From IMG/VR virus record IMGVR_UViG_3300028805_000060, positions 64,001-128,000 of that record: DNA of 64,000 bases, one strand, 5' to 3'. The notes below the pieces were generated by a model, which was given only the letters and a program-made list of their open reading frames with translations, had not been told where the DNA came from and ran no database searches. Positions 1 to 10,500 of the stretch are shown here, piece after piece. Within the stretch, counting starts at the first letter, position 1, and every line of letters starts with the position of its first letter. The stretch is from a virus. Lineage: Duplodnaviria; Caudoviricetes. The position numbers were made by a program, and so were the translations under genes.

Positions 1-148
1 CTTTCTGAATCCTTTTTAATAAATAGTTACTGACATTGTCTTTGTCTAAATCTATCCTCTTAATAATTTTTCAATCGACTAATCTTGACAGACGAATTTT
101 TCCATCATCAAAACCATGATAGATCTTTCCAACTTCTGGATCAGGCAT
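1..148 (-). CDS. hypothetical phage protein, runs off the window edge (code 4)
   Basis: ATG at 148, MPDPEVGKIYHGFDDGKIRLSRLVD-TGA(W)-KIIKRID...; open to position 1. Confidence 0.45.
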
Positions 149-235
149 AAACTCTTCACGAGTATTCCCTCCTATTACTATCACATTATGATCTCTATCA
201 TTTTTCTTAAATAACATACATTCCCCTTCCTTAGT

Positions 236-436
236 TTAATTTGTTATTTCTTCCAACGAATTTTCATCAATTTCAACTCATTCATTTCGTCCCTCACCAT
301 AGAATGGAAAATCCTGAATTGACTCATCATCAAAAAGCCATAAAGAGCCGTCAGCTCTTTTCTCAATTTTACTTCCTTTGACTTCATCACCTGAAAAATA
401 ATGATTGCCATTATATTTTACATTTGCCTTATACAT
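236..436 (-). CDS. hypothetical protein, 66 aa (code 4)
   Basis: ATG 436 to TAA 236 with one internal TGA (GRNE-W-VEIDENSL); fills the gap between neighbouring genes. Confidence 0.55.
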
Positions 437-463
437 TATTTTCTAACCCCTTCAAATAATTGT

Positions 464-775
464 TTATTCTTCATAATAAGTTGCTCCTGCATTTAGGAAT
501 GTTTGCATTATATCCGCTATTGAATACGGCACATTTTTATCTTCTAAAATAAATTCTGGATTAAGGCAAATTTTAAATAAACATTTATCGGGAATTTCTA
601 ACCTAACTAAAATGTGATTAAAGTTAGGATAATCATCAACAATAAATTTAATATTTGGAATAGATATATCTTTATCTAAATTTTCTAATTCCTGTAAAGC
701 ATTCTTTTTATAATCTTTGCCAACAAATTCTTTTGCATATTTAATTAATTTTTCTGCTATCTCATCTCTTGTCAT
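464..775 (-). CDS. hypothetical protein
   Basis: ORF track; tightly packed with neighbours. Confidence 0.6.
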   Translation of the reverse strand: MTRDEIAEKLIKYAKEFVGKDYKKNALQELENLDKDISIPNIKFIVDDYPNFNHILVRLEIPDKCLFKICLNPEFILEDKNVPYSIADIMQTFLNAGATYYEE

Positions 776-954
776 TTTTCTAATTCCTCTTTAGTAGGAT
801 AACTAAACTTTGTTTTTCCTTGTTTTCTTTTTTCATAGCACTCACATTTTTTGCCTCCCTTAAATAGTGGTATTGTAATTTCTTGTGTATTTATATCACA
901 AAAATAACAAATATCTCTTGCAAACAAATGTTTACAGTTTTTACAATTTTTCAT
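772..954 (-). CDS. small Cys-rich (CxxC) hypothetical protein
   Basis: CKNCKH...CYFC...CECY; ends in a TGA overlapping the next ATG (code 4 would add WQEMR before TAG). Confidence 0.55.
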   Translation of the reverse strand: MKNCKNCKHLFARDICYFCDINTQEITIPLFKGGKKCECYEKRKQGKTKFSYPTKEELEK

Positions 955-1123
955 TTTTAATTTCTACCTTTGCATCTTCTTTTTTATTTGCAAAGAAGTT
1001 TTTACATATATCAGCAAGAACTAAAGAGCTTTTTTCATCTTCCTTTAATGTATTTGAAATACTTTCCAAAGCATTTGCAATACGCTCTATATTATGATAA
1101 AAGTTTTCTTCTGCTATAGTCAT
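941..1123 (-). CDS. hypothetical protein
   Basis: ORF track; overlapping operon packing. Confidence 0.5.
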   Translation of the reverse strand: MTIAEENFYHNIERIANALESISNTLKEDEKSSLVLADICKNFFANKKEDAKVEIKNEKL

Positions 1124-1127
1124 TCTT

Positions 1128-1310
1128 TTATGCCTCCAATATTTCTCGTTTTAAACCTTCTATAAAAATGCTACCGAACATAAATCTAGTTCCTATAATT
1201 AAGTATCCTTCTTTATGCAATTTTTCTTTAACTTCTTCTATATCACATTCATTAAAAACTTCAACAGCTATATACTCTTCATTATGGTCGCATATTCTAT
1301 ACTTAATCAT
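1128..1310 (-). CDS. hypothetical protein
   Basis: ORF track; overlapping operon packing. Confidence 0.5.
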   Translation of the reverse strand: MIKYRICDHNEEYIAVEVFNECDIEEVKEKLHKEGYLIIGTRFMFGSIFIEGLKREILEA

Positions 1311-1644
1311 ACTCTAGTTCTAACTCCTTTTTGTCCAATGCCCAAGTTATACCAAAGTCTTTGAAATAATATTCATCTCCATTAGGACATATAAAACTTT
1401 TATTTTTAAAATTTAACAGAATATGATTACTTTCACATCCATCATCAAAATATTTTGTATTTTTATCATCCAATGCCTTAACCAAAGTCACTAAATCAAT
1501 TCCAAATTTTTCTTCTATAGTTTTATATTCAAGTAATTCATTTATTATTTGTGAACTCATTTGTTTACCAACTAATCTAGGTAATATAAACGATGGATTT
1601 TTAGATATATTTAAAATATCTTCTTTAGTTAATCTTTTTTCCAT
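1303..1644 (-). CDS. paralog family A small protein (xRLT...EEKxGIDL...GxTWALxKEEL)
   Basis: shares N- and C-terminal motifs with four other ORFs at 1.6-4.5 kb. Confidence 0.7.
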   Translation of the reverse strand: MEKRLTKEDILNISKNPSFILPRLVGKQMSSQIINELLEYKTIEEKFGIDLVTLVKALDDKNTKYFDDGCESNHILLNFKNKSFICPNGDEYYFKDFGITWALDKKELELEYD

Positions 1645-1969
1645 TTTCTAATTCTTCCTTAGTTAGAGCCCAAGTTACTCCATACCCTACTGAACCTTTA
1701 AATGGTAGTGCTACACTATATATAGGTATATTTATTCTAGCTTTTTCTAATTGTAAATTATTTCCTGGAATGAATCCATAATCTTTTGTAAAGATTCCAT
1801 TTAAGAGTGCTTTACCACCTATAATTAAATCAATATTTAACTTTTCTACAACATCTTCATATGCACCAATTATTTGAACTAATCTAATGCCATTTTCCCA
1901 ACCATAAATTTCTTTATTTGGTGCTAATTCATAGAAACCATCATCTCTTTTTTTAGTTATTCTTTCCAT
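1625..1969 (-). CDS. paralog family A small protein
   Basis: ends GYGVTWALTKEELE (TGG Trp); near-duplicate of the 2246..2566 gene. Confidence 0.7.
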   Translation of the reverse strand: MERITKKRDDGFYELAPNKEIYGWENGIRLVQIIGAYEDVVEKLNIDLIIGGKALLNGIFTKDYGFIPGNNLQLEKARINIPIYSVALPFKGSVGYGVTWALTKEELENGKKIN

Positions 1970-2256
1970 CCTGATACCTCTTTTGATAAATCCATATAAC
2001 CTAATACCTCTTGTAATAGATTAAACTCCTCTAACGTCAATCGTTTCATCATATCGTTAGGAATTGCAGCATTATAAACTCCAACCTCCTTACATATAGT
2101 AAGTATTCAAACATTAACTTTTTTCTCTTTAATAATCTCTAATGCAGTTAAGTCTTTTAATACTTTATCTCTATCTTTTAATATTTGTTCATTTTCAGCT
2201 GGGTTTAGAAAACCTAATGCACCGAAATGAACTATTACTAAATCTTTACTTGTCAT
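1957..2256 (-). CDS. paralog family B small protein, 99 aa (code 4; missed by ORF track)
   Basis: MTSKDL...LTALEIIKEKKVNV-TGA(W)-ILTIC...; resembles 3037..3354 LEALEIIKEKQIDTNW. Confidence 0.65.
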
Positions 2257-2566
2257 TCTTTAACTCCTTTTTTGTCAAAGCTCAAGTTACTCCATATCCT
2301 ACTGGACCGTAAAAAGGTAAAGCTACACCATACATAGGTATATATATTCTAGCTTTTTCTAATTGTAGACAATCCCCTGGAATGAATCCATAATGCTTTG
2401 TGATGATTCCATTTAAGAGTGCTTTTCCACCTATTATGAAAACAATATTTAACTTTTCTTCTATATCTTCATATTCTTTCAGTTTATCATAATAATCTTC
2501 AAACTCAAGTTTTTCTTCATCGTATATTTCAAAACCTTGTTTGTTTTTATTTGTTAATCTTCCCAA
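2246..2566 (-). CDS. paralog family A small protein (code 4)
   Basis: likely TTG start at 2566 after a GAGG RBS; GYGVT-TGA-ALTKKELKNDK-TAA matches GYGVTWALTKEEL of its paralog. Confidence 0.7.
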
Positions 2567-2748
2567 TCTAATACCTCTCTTCAAAAATAATAAATATTTC
2601 TACAAGATTCATTTGCATTCTGACAATATTGTATTGCTGCTTCTTTACTATCAGAGATATACATAAGATTTAAATAAGATGATATACTATTCCCAAAAGG
2701 GTCTTTGTATAAAGAATATACATAATACCAAGATTTTTTGTTTATCAT
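2554..2748 (-). CDS. hypothetical protein, 64 aa (code 4)
   Basis: MINKKSWYYVYSLYKDPFG...NIYYF-TGA-REVLDWED-TAA. Confidence 0.45.
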
Positions 2749-3047
2749 ATTAATTCCTTTATTAATTCTTCTAATAATTCCCTTACTTCTTTTGTTTTTA
2801 ATAACACAATGAAATAATAATCATCTCCATTATCTTTATCATTATCGATTTCTACTATATGAGATTTTAATTTTTCTAATATAGTTAAATCTTTTTCAAT
2901 TATATTGTAACAATCCTCTGGACTTACTCCTAAATACATAGGTTTTGCAATTTGAATTTCATTATTTAGATTTTTCCTATAAACTAAATCATTCATAGGT
3001 GTAAAATCATCTAACATAAGTTTTCTTAATGCTTCTTTACTTGTCAT
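2742..3047 (-). CDS. paralog family B-like small protein
   Basis: MTSKEAL...IIEKDLTILEKLK; ends TGA-TAA. Confidence 0.6.
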
Positions 3048-3354
3048 CTACTAATGCCTCTCTTAATAAGCCGTATTCTTCTCGTGTTATTTGTTTATAG
3101 CTAGGAACGCTATTATTATAATCCTTTGATGAATTACAACATTTAAACCAATTTGTATCAATTTGTTTTTCTTTTATAATTTCTAATGCTTCTAATCGCT
3201 TTTTAACGATCTCTAAACATTTAAGCATTTCATAGACATCTTTACAGTCAATGTTTTCTTCTTTGTCAATGTTAAACTTTATTGATTGACAATTCAGACA
3301 CAAAGTATTATCTAATTTTTCATATGCTTCTTTATTACTTATTTTTGTAACCAT
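3037..3354 (-). CDS. paralog family B small protein
   Basis: KEAYEKL...LEALEIIKEKQ...YN...TREEYGLLREAL. Confidence 0.6.
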   Translation of the reverse strand: MVTKISNKEAYEKLDNTLCLNCQSIKFNIDKEENIDCKDVYEMLKCLEIVKKRLEALEIIKEKQIDTNWFKCCNSSKDYNNSVPSYKQITREEYGLLREALVDDK

Positions 3355-3698
3355 ATTAATCTTAACTCCCTTTCATCATTCATCTTTGCTGCATAGATTA
3401 AACCTTTATCAGTCCAGATAGCACCATAGCAATTTCTTGTTTTAAATTGTTGCTTTTTACTATAGTTAAACCAATATATTAATTCTTCATATGTACATAA
3501 TAGTGGGGCACCATCTCCATCATCAAAGACAAACTCATCACATAATTCTTTTATTGAATCAGCATCAGATATAATGTCTTTTTCATTTATTTCATAGACC
3601 CAATCCATTTCGTTATCTTCAGAACTGAGGCTACAATATACAGTTTCTTCAATTTGATATTTTGTTTCATAAATACCATCATTTGTTCTTATATACAT
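3339..3698 (-). CDS. hypothetical phage protein (GAIWTDKGLIYAAKMN)
   Basis: ATG at 3698 (MYIRTNDGIY) overlaps the stop of the upstream gene under code 4. Confidence 0.6.
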   Translation of the reverse strand: MYIRTNDGIYETKYQIEETVYCSLSSEDNEMDWVYEINEKDIISDADSIKELCDEFVFDDGDGAPLLCTYEELIYWFNYSKKQQFKTRNCYGAIWTDKGLIYAAKMNDERELRLIWLQK

Positions 3699-4186
3699 TA
3701 TAATAATTCCTCTTTGGTCAACGCTCAAGTTTTACCATAATCTTTGAGTTTATAAGTGTATCCAAATACACTACTAATAGCAAAACCAGTATCTTTGAAA
3801 TATTCTATGCAAACTATCATAGGACATATTTTTTTGTTATATATACAATAAGCCCATTTCTGTTCTAATGCCTTAAATAATGTAATTAAATCAATACCTA
3901 ATTTTTCTTCTATATCTTCTAACTCAAAAAGTTTCTTTTCGGCAAGGGTTTTATCTTTAATATAAATGTATTCTTTACTTTCAAGTTCACCATTTATGTC
4001 ACAACTTGGTTGAACTATTTTCTTTTCAGTTAATCTTTTCATTCCTTCAAGTTGTTCACAAGATGGAGCAGAAATTTTATTATCTTCCTTCATTTTTGAG
4101 AGCTTTAATGTTAATTCTTTAATTTCTTTTTCTTGCTTTCTACATAATTCAAGAAGATCTTTATTTCTGTTGTCTAATTTGCTCAT
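3698..4186 (-). CDS. paralog family A protein with N-terminal coiled coil (code 4)
   Basis: KDYGKT-TGA-ALTKEELL-TAA versus HYGKTWAFTKEEL in the neighbouring paralog. Confidence 0.7.
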
Positions 4187-4520
4187 TCTCTAATTCCTCT
4201 TTAGTAAATGCCCAAGTCTTACCATAATGTTCAGGTTTATAGATATAATAATCATATTCAAACCAATAACTATTATCAGTAAATCTTAATTTAGGTTTTC
4301 TATTTATAATTTTTTCATCTTCGTAAATAATCCAAATACCATTATCTAATATTGATAAAGCTTTTAATAAATCAATATTATGTTTTTCTTCAACATCTTC
4401 TAATTGTCCAAGTTTGTTGATTGCTTTATAAAAACCTAGTTCACCAGATTTTACACAATCGCATTTTTGTTCAATAGCAGAATAATTTCCACTTAAATAT
4501 CCACGTGTTAATCTTTCCAT
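4161..4520 (-). CDS. paralog family A small protein
   Basis: MERLT...KLGQLEDVEEKHNIDL...YGKTWAFTKEELE. Confidence 0.7.
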   Translation of the reverse strand: MERLTRGYLSGNYSAIEQKCDCVKSGELGFYKAINKLGQLEDVEEKHNIDLLKALSILDNGIWIIYEDEKIINRKPKLRFTDNSYWFEYDYYIYKPEHYGKTWAFTKEELENEQIRQQK

Positions 4521-4533
4521 AACAGTACCTATA

Positions 4534-5319
4534 TTAATCCTCTTCTACATAAATTAACTTTTCTATATAGTTTCTTCCTTCATCCTTAAACATTGGAATT
4601 TCTTTATCAATAACCCATTTACATTCTTTTTTAATGCAACAGGTTCCTCTTTTTTGTTCAGTTGGAAGATTTCCCCAAATAATTCCTGCTTCTTGTTCAA
4701 TCTTAGTCACAGTATCTTTTAAGTTAAGACCTTGTAATGATTTATGACTAAATAATGATTGTGCTAAAGCATTAATAGAATTTCTCTCTGCATCTTTTTG
4801 ACGCCAAAATACACAATTAGTAACTTCTTCTTTTGGGATATTGAACACTCTACTATCAAATAAAGCACCTTTTCTACGAGCTTTATCATAAATTAAATCA
4901 TAATTATCTGCTTCACCTTTTTCAGCAAGTTGTTCAAGATAAAATTCATTAAAGTATTTATTAAAAGCAAATGTTGCCATAGAAGCTGATATAGAGACCA
5001 TTTTTTGAACTTCATAATCAAACCATGCAGAAGTGTCTAACTTATTATAATCAACTAATACTAGTGTAATTTCATCTGATTGAGTATACCCTAATACACA
5101 ACCTTGAATATTTTCACATAAATATTTCATGGTTTCTTGCATAGTTTTCATAAAAATATCATCAAATGGTTTTTTAAAGCCTCTTGTAAAAGTATGAAAA
5201 GCTTTACCATCTAGTCTAATAATTACAGGCATTCTACGAATAAGTTTTGTTCTAGAAACTTCTTCATAATATGTCTTCATTCTATTTCCTAAATTATCAT
5301 TGATCATATTAATCTCCAT
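4534..5319 (-). CDS. thg1: tRNA(His) guanylyltransferase Thg1 / Thg1-like protein
   Basis: RMKxYE, IIRLDGKAFHTFT, YTQSDEI, FDSR and WRQxDAxRNSI motifs; true start may be ATG 5307. Confidence 0.93.
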   Translation of the reverse strand: MEINMINDNLGNRMKTYYEEVSRTKLIRRMPVIIRLDGKAFHTFTRGFKKPFDDIFMKTMQETMKYLCENIQGCVLGYTQSDEITLVLVDYNKLDTSAWFDYEVQKMVSISASMATFAFNKYFNEFYLEQLAEKGEADNYDLIYDKARRKGALFDSRVFNIPKEEVTNCVFWRQKDAERNSINALAQSLFSHKSLQGLNLKDTVTKIEQEAGIIWGNLPTEQKRGTCCIKKECKWVIDKEIPMFKDEGRNYIEKLIYVEED

Positions 5320-5677
5320 CTTTTATATAACTATCAATGTCTATTAGATAAGCACTTCGATCTTCTATATTAAATCTGCACCAATAGTTATTTCCTTGCT
5401 GTATTTTGTAATTATAATTTTCTGCTTGTTCGATAGAATATAGACTAAGTTTATTTTCTAGCAGATATTCTATTTGTTCTTTTTCAGTTAAATATTTAGT
5501 CATATCTTTTTTAGTGAAGCTTTTGCCCATAGATAAAGATATTACTAAAGCGATGATAAGACCAGTTATAAGTAATATAATGATAGAAATACCTTCAATA
5601 ATTTCATTACAACAGAACAGAATTAATGCAAGAATAGCTATGATAAGTAGAAGGCCTATTACAATTGTTGCTATCAT
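5309..5677 (-). CDS. membrane protein with two N-terminal TM helices
   Basis: two long hydrophobic stretches at the N-terminus. Confidence 0.6.
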   Translation of the reverse strand: MIATIVIGLLLIIAILALILFCCNEIIEGISIIILLITGLIIALVISLSMGKSFTKKDMTKYLTEKEQIEYLLENKLSLYSIEQAENYNYKIQQGNNYWCRFNIEDRSAYLIDIDSYIKDGD

Positions 5678-5692
5678 TTTATTTTCCTCTTT

Positions 5693-5899
5693 CTAATAAC
5701 TTTTATTTGTGGCGTTTTTTATTGCTTCTAATAAATCATTTGCAGCAACAGTTATAGACATATCTTTAAAATTTAAAACTACAAACTTACAAGAAGAAGT
5801 CCAGTGACTTTCTACATATAATCTTGTTTCAAAAGGAATTTCTGTATCTTTTCCATTTATTTCATATACTTTTATTTCATTTACGATTTTTGCTATCAT
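5693..5899 (-). CDS. hypothetical protein
   Basis: ORF track; GGAG RBS upstream. Confidence 0.6.
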   Translation of the reverse strand: MIAKIVNEIKVYEINGKDTEIPFETRLYVESHWTSSCKFVVLNFKDMSITVAANDLLEAIKNATNKSY

Positions 5900-5916
5900 T
5901 TTTATCTCCTTAATTT

Positions 5917-6192
5917 TTAATCTCTTTCACTTAAAAGTTTTTCTATTTTATCTACTTCTTCGTTCCAAGATTTAACTGCTATTTCTATACATTCTTGTTT
6001 TGTGTCTGTGTAAACAGTATCACTGCAACTTCCTTCTACTCTTTCACAAAATGGACAGTAAAACCAAAATGAATAATTTCCAGGATAACCTCTACCATTT
6101 GGTTCTCCCATATCATGAGTTGCTAATAAAGGACTGCTTCCACAAATTGGGCACTTTTTTAAATTTATTTTATGGTCTAATTTAATTCTCAT
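5917..6192 (-). CDS. Lar-like (restriction alleviation) zinc-ribbon protein
   Basis: LKKCPICG...CPFC...AVKSWN pattern typical of the Lar family. Confidence 0.6.
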   Translation of the reverse strand: MRIKLDHKINLKKCPICGSSPLLATHDMGEPNGRGYPGNYSFWFYCPFCERVEGSCSDTVYTDTKQECIEIAVKSWNEEVDKIEKLLSERD

Positions 6193-6230
6193 CTTTTAGT
6201 TCTCCTAAATTTTTCAATGTTTCTTTATTG

Positions 6231-6848
6231 TTAAGTCAATACGACATTTTTTAATATATCTTGAGAAGAATCTGCATTATCTTTCGGTTTAAAATATTCA
6301 TCATATTTACATCTAAAATATTGATCTATGTTTCAAAAAATTAACTTTTTTAATCCTTCTTTTGCTTTTTCATAATCTAAGAAGCATGTTTCATCGTCTA
6401 TACATCTGATATCATCCCATTTTTTATAAGTAGAAAAGATAACATGTTTTTTACCATAGTAATTTATAAGTAAATAATCATAGACACTTCTTCTGATTTC
6501 ACCACCACAAGCTTCCATAGAGTAATAACCTTTGTCTGATTTTAGATTAAGGTATTCATTATATGATTCTTCATCTTCTAAAACTTGTTTTAAGAAACCA
6601 GGCGTTTTGTTGTTGTCTTTCAATAAATCATTTATAGTTGATCCACTAGCTGCTACCAAATCATAAAAATAATTTGGAGATTCACTGATCGTAATAGTTT
6701 TTGAATTTGGTAGATCTTCTAATTGTAATTCTTCAACATTTCTTTTACTTAATTTTTCTTTTAATTCTTTATTTTCCTGTTTAACAGCATCTAGTTCATT
6801 TTGTGTATCTGCTAATTGATTTAAAATATATTCTTCTAATGTTTTCAT
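6231..6848 (-). CDS. hypothetical protein with N-terminal coiled coil (code 4, 205 aa)
   Basis: ORF 6333..6848 extended through TGA to TAA at 6231. Confidence 0.6.
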
Positions 6849-6865
6849 AATTGTTGTTTACCTCT

Positions 6866-7330
6866 CTAATCCCACCATGTTTCTATATTATCAGATAATA
6901 ATTTAAAAAATTTATCTCTTCTTTCTTTATACTCTTTTGAATATTTATCTAAAGAGGCTTCTTCATAAAGTTCTGGTCTTGCAGGGACGATATAATATCC
7001 TCCTTTGTCTGTCTCAACATAATCGAAAGGATTATCGTCATCTAAATGAAAATAATGATTATTGAAGCCATCCCATTCTTCATAAGCTTTTAAAGTCTCC
7101 GCTAAAGTCTTTTTAATTTCATTGAGACTTTCTTCTGATTGGAAAACATTATATCCTAAATCATAATATTCTTTCATGAACTTCATGGTTGCTATTAAAT
7201 ACTCTAGAACAAATCCATATTCCCAAGGAGCTGCTTTTACTTTATTATTTATTTGATTCAATTGTTTTTTATATTTTTTTAATATTTTTTTGTATAGCTT
7301 TTTATTTTTCATAAATCTTATTTCTCCCAT
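6866..7330 (-). CDS. hypothetical phage protein (C-terminal FFKLLSDNIETWWD)
   Basis: ORF track; AGGAGAG RBS upstream. Confidence 0.65.
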   Translation of the reverse strand: MGEIRFMKNKKLYKKILKKYKKQLNQINNKVKAAPWEYGFVLEYLIATMKFMKEYYDLGYNVFQSEESLNEIKKTLAETLKAYEEWDGFNNHYFHLDDDNPFDYVETDKGGYYIVPARPELYEEASLDKYSKEYKERRDKFFKLLSDNIETWWD

Positions 7331-7474
7331 TATATATTACAGACTCTCCTCCTTAAATAAAACAAAAGAGACAGTTTATTTTTTAATGCCTCTTTTATTT
7401 TTTTAAACAATTTACCTGACTTTCTAAAAAATAAAAGTGCTCTTTTATTTGAGATATTTTTTCTCTTCAACAAT

Positions 7475-7503
7475 ATTTTATATTGTATTTTATTTAAAGT
7501 CAA
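7475..7503 (-). promoter_or_regulatory. sigma70/sigmaA-type promoter
   Basis: TTGACT-N17-TAAAAT upstream of the small-ORF operon. Confidence 0.65.
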
Positions 7504-7520
7504 GTATAATCTTGTTATAT

Positions 7521-10500
7521 TTAATTTCTTCGTCTTCTATATCTGATCTCTAAAGTTCCATCTGAATGAACATCTTCAATTAACCCTACAGTTCTTGGAT
7601 AATTAGATGATCTATCTGTTCTGCAAACAAACATATTTTCTCTTCTGAAACCATATACTATAATTTTAGTTCCTCTTTTTAGCCAAGACTGCTCAATTAC
7701 AACTTTCTTTTTAGTGGCAGGATCTATAGAACTAATTTTTTGATTATAAATGTTAAAAATATTAGAATACATTTTTACACTTACAATTCCATATACAGTG
7801 GATAAAGTTATGATATGTTTAGTTTTGTCTGAATCAGTAACAGTTCCTGCAATAGCACAATAGAAAGTATTATCATCACTTGGATTTTCATTTAATTCAT
7901 TAAAATTCCAAATATTATAATATTCATTATTAGTTCCTGCAAGTTCATGTTTAGAGTGATAGAAAGACATTGTAGACATTTCCCATGTAGATTCAGTGCC
8001 AGAACAATATTTTGCAAATAATTCTTCAGAAAATTTATTTCTTTCAAAATCTGCAAACAATTGTCTACCATTCTCTGTATTTAAAAAGCTCATTAATCTT
8101 TCAATTTTTTCTTTATACACTCTATCAAAAGCAGACATTTTTACCCAAATAGATCCATCTGAAAGATAACCAAACTCATTTTTAGTTATATTAAGAGATC
8201 TTTCAATATAATTTGAGAAAAATTTACATGCTAGCTCTGCAGAAATTATATATCTACGATTTTGATTATCTGAACATTCTTTATCCAAATATTTTTTATA
8301 TTTATAGAAACGAATTTCAATCTCATATTCTTCTAAATTCATACCTAAATTCAAAGCCTTTTGAATATTGGCTGTAGTTAATTTAGCTTTCACAGGGAAT
8401 TGATTTTCAGATAAAATTGATAAATATTTTTTAATAATAAATAAACGACTAATTTTTTCTACTTCATCAAAACAGCCTGCTTTAATTAATCCGATCATTT
8501 GAACAGGAGTTACTGAAACTCTATTTAAAAAATCTTCTATAGAAGAGAAAGGTCTCTTCTTAATAATATCTTCGTATAAAGAATCGCTTACAACGTTAAT
8601 AGCAGCTAAACTATAAATAATACTGAAATTCTTTATATCTGGAATAAAATCTTCTTCTGCAGTATTGATATTAGGGAGTTCTATCTTTACTCCACTGTGC
8701 TGTGCATCATCAATCGCTTTTGCAATTTTACCATAGTTTGGAGCTGTACTCTTAGATTTCTTTTCATCTGAAGAATCCTCTTCTTCTGATGCATCATTCT
8801 CTGCTTTATTATTAAGATCTATTTCAACTTCGTCTTCATCATCAGAATCTTCTGAAAAACTATCTATAGAATTGCCTGCATTTATACATAAACAAGCACA
8901 TTGCCAATATAAAGGATTGTAAAAATAAGCTAAATTAAGTTCTTGTAAAGCAATCAAAGAATAAGATATTCCGTGCGCTAAATTAAAACTATAACCTAAT
9001 TGAGGAACTATCATTTTATCCCATACATATTGTCGGAACTCTTGCCTTCCTCCTGGGTTTGAAAAATAATGTTCTTTAAGAGCTTCGATTTCGTCAATAT
9101 GCTTTTTAGCAACTGTTTTTCTTGCTTTATCAGAATCTTTCAAACTGAAAGAAGAAATGCCTGGATCCATTAAAATTCTCATAAGATCTTCTTGAGAATA
9201 AGCAACGCCATATTTATCAAGAACATATTTCTCTAAAATTTTCTTTTCATTTTCTGTTAAATTATAAGAATCCATTTCTTCGTACCAAAGATTAATGTTA
9301 TTCTTGAATCTAACATATCTATCTACTGGTGATTCATCTCCAGGTTCAACCTGTAGTCTAATTAAACCATTTACAGCTGATAATTCAGCTACGGAATGAG
9401 GTCTCATTTTATTAACTCCTACTTTTCCTACTGAAGTATCTAACTGGAATATATCACTATATTTATTATCATTCAAGTTATCCCACATTTCTTGATTATC
9501 ATAATGCAATACACTTGGATGAAGATATTTATTATATGTTTCTCTTAATGAACCTTGCCATGTGATTGTTCCATCTTTTAAAAGAAGTTCACACGCTTTC
9601 ATTAACTTTGATTCAGCTTCAGTTCTTAGTAAGTCAAATTTTAAAGCACCCATATCATCAGAATCATGCATATTAAAAGCTGTAATCGGAGTCCCGTTTG
9701 GAGCTGTCATTAAACTATTTTGAGAGAGGAAACCATTCGTAAAAATATAAACTGCAGAAGCATGTATACTTGGATTCATTGATAATCCTTCTATCTTTTT
9801 AACTGCTTCAAAAACGCCAGGATATTTTTTTAATTGATTCTCAAATCCAGGAACAGGTTCATATCCTTTTTCAGAATCTCCTTCAAGACAATCTTTTAAA
9901 GTATATGTAATACCTCTTTTTGAAGGAACTAAAGAAGTTAAATTTTGAGCATCATCATTATTATATCCAAGACCTTTCATAACTGTTAAAATTGCAGCTT
10001 TTAAAGATTCTGTTTTAAAAGTAGCGCAATTTAATACGTTATCTTCTCCAAAATATTCTTTAAGAAGTTTAAGGATCTCTTCTGTTTTGTCAGGTGAAAC
10101 ATCTATATCAATATCTGGTAAAGCATCTGCTCTAGCCTTATTTAAGAATCTGAAGGAAGGAATGTCATAGTCTAAAGGATTAACTTGCGTAATTCCTATA
10201 ATATAGTTAATTAAGAAACAAGCAGCACTTCCTCGTGCAACACCTAAGAAAGATACTTCCCAACAGATGTTGACAATTTTTTGAACAAGATTCAAATATG
10301 CACTAATATCTTGTTTTAATTCACCACTAATATAGAGAATTACATCCAACTCTTCATTAATTCGAGATGCAATATCTTTGGTAATTAAAATATTCTTTTC
10401 AATAATTCCTTTTTCAATAAGATAAATTAAGTATCTATTTTGTTCAACTGAACTATAAGCAAACTCTTTTATAAAAGGAAATTCTTCATACCAATCTTTT

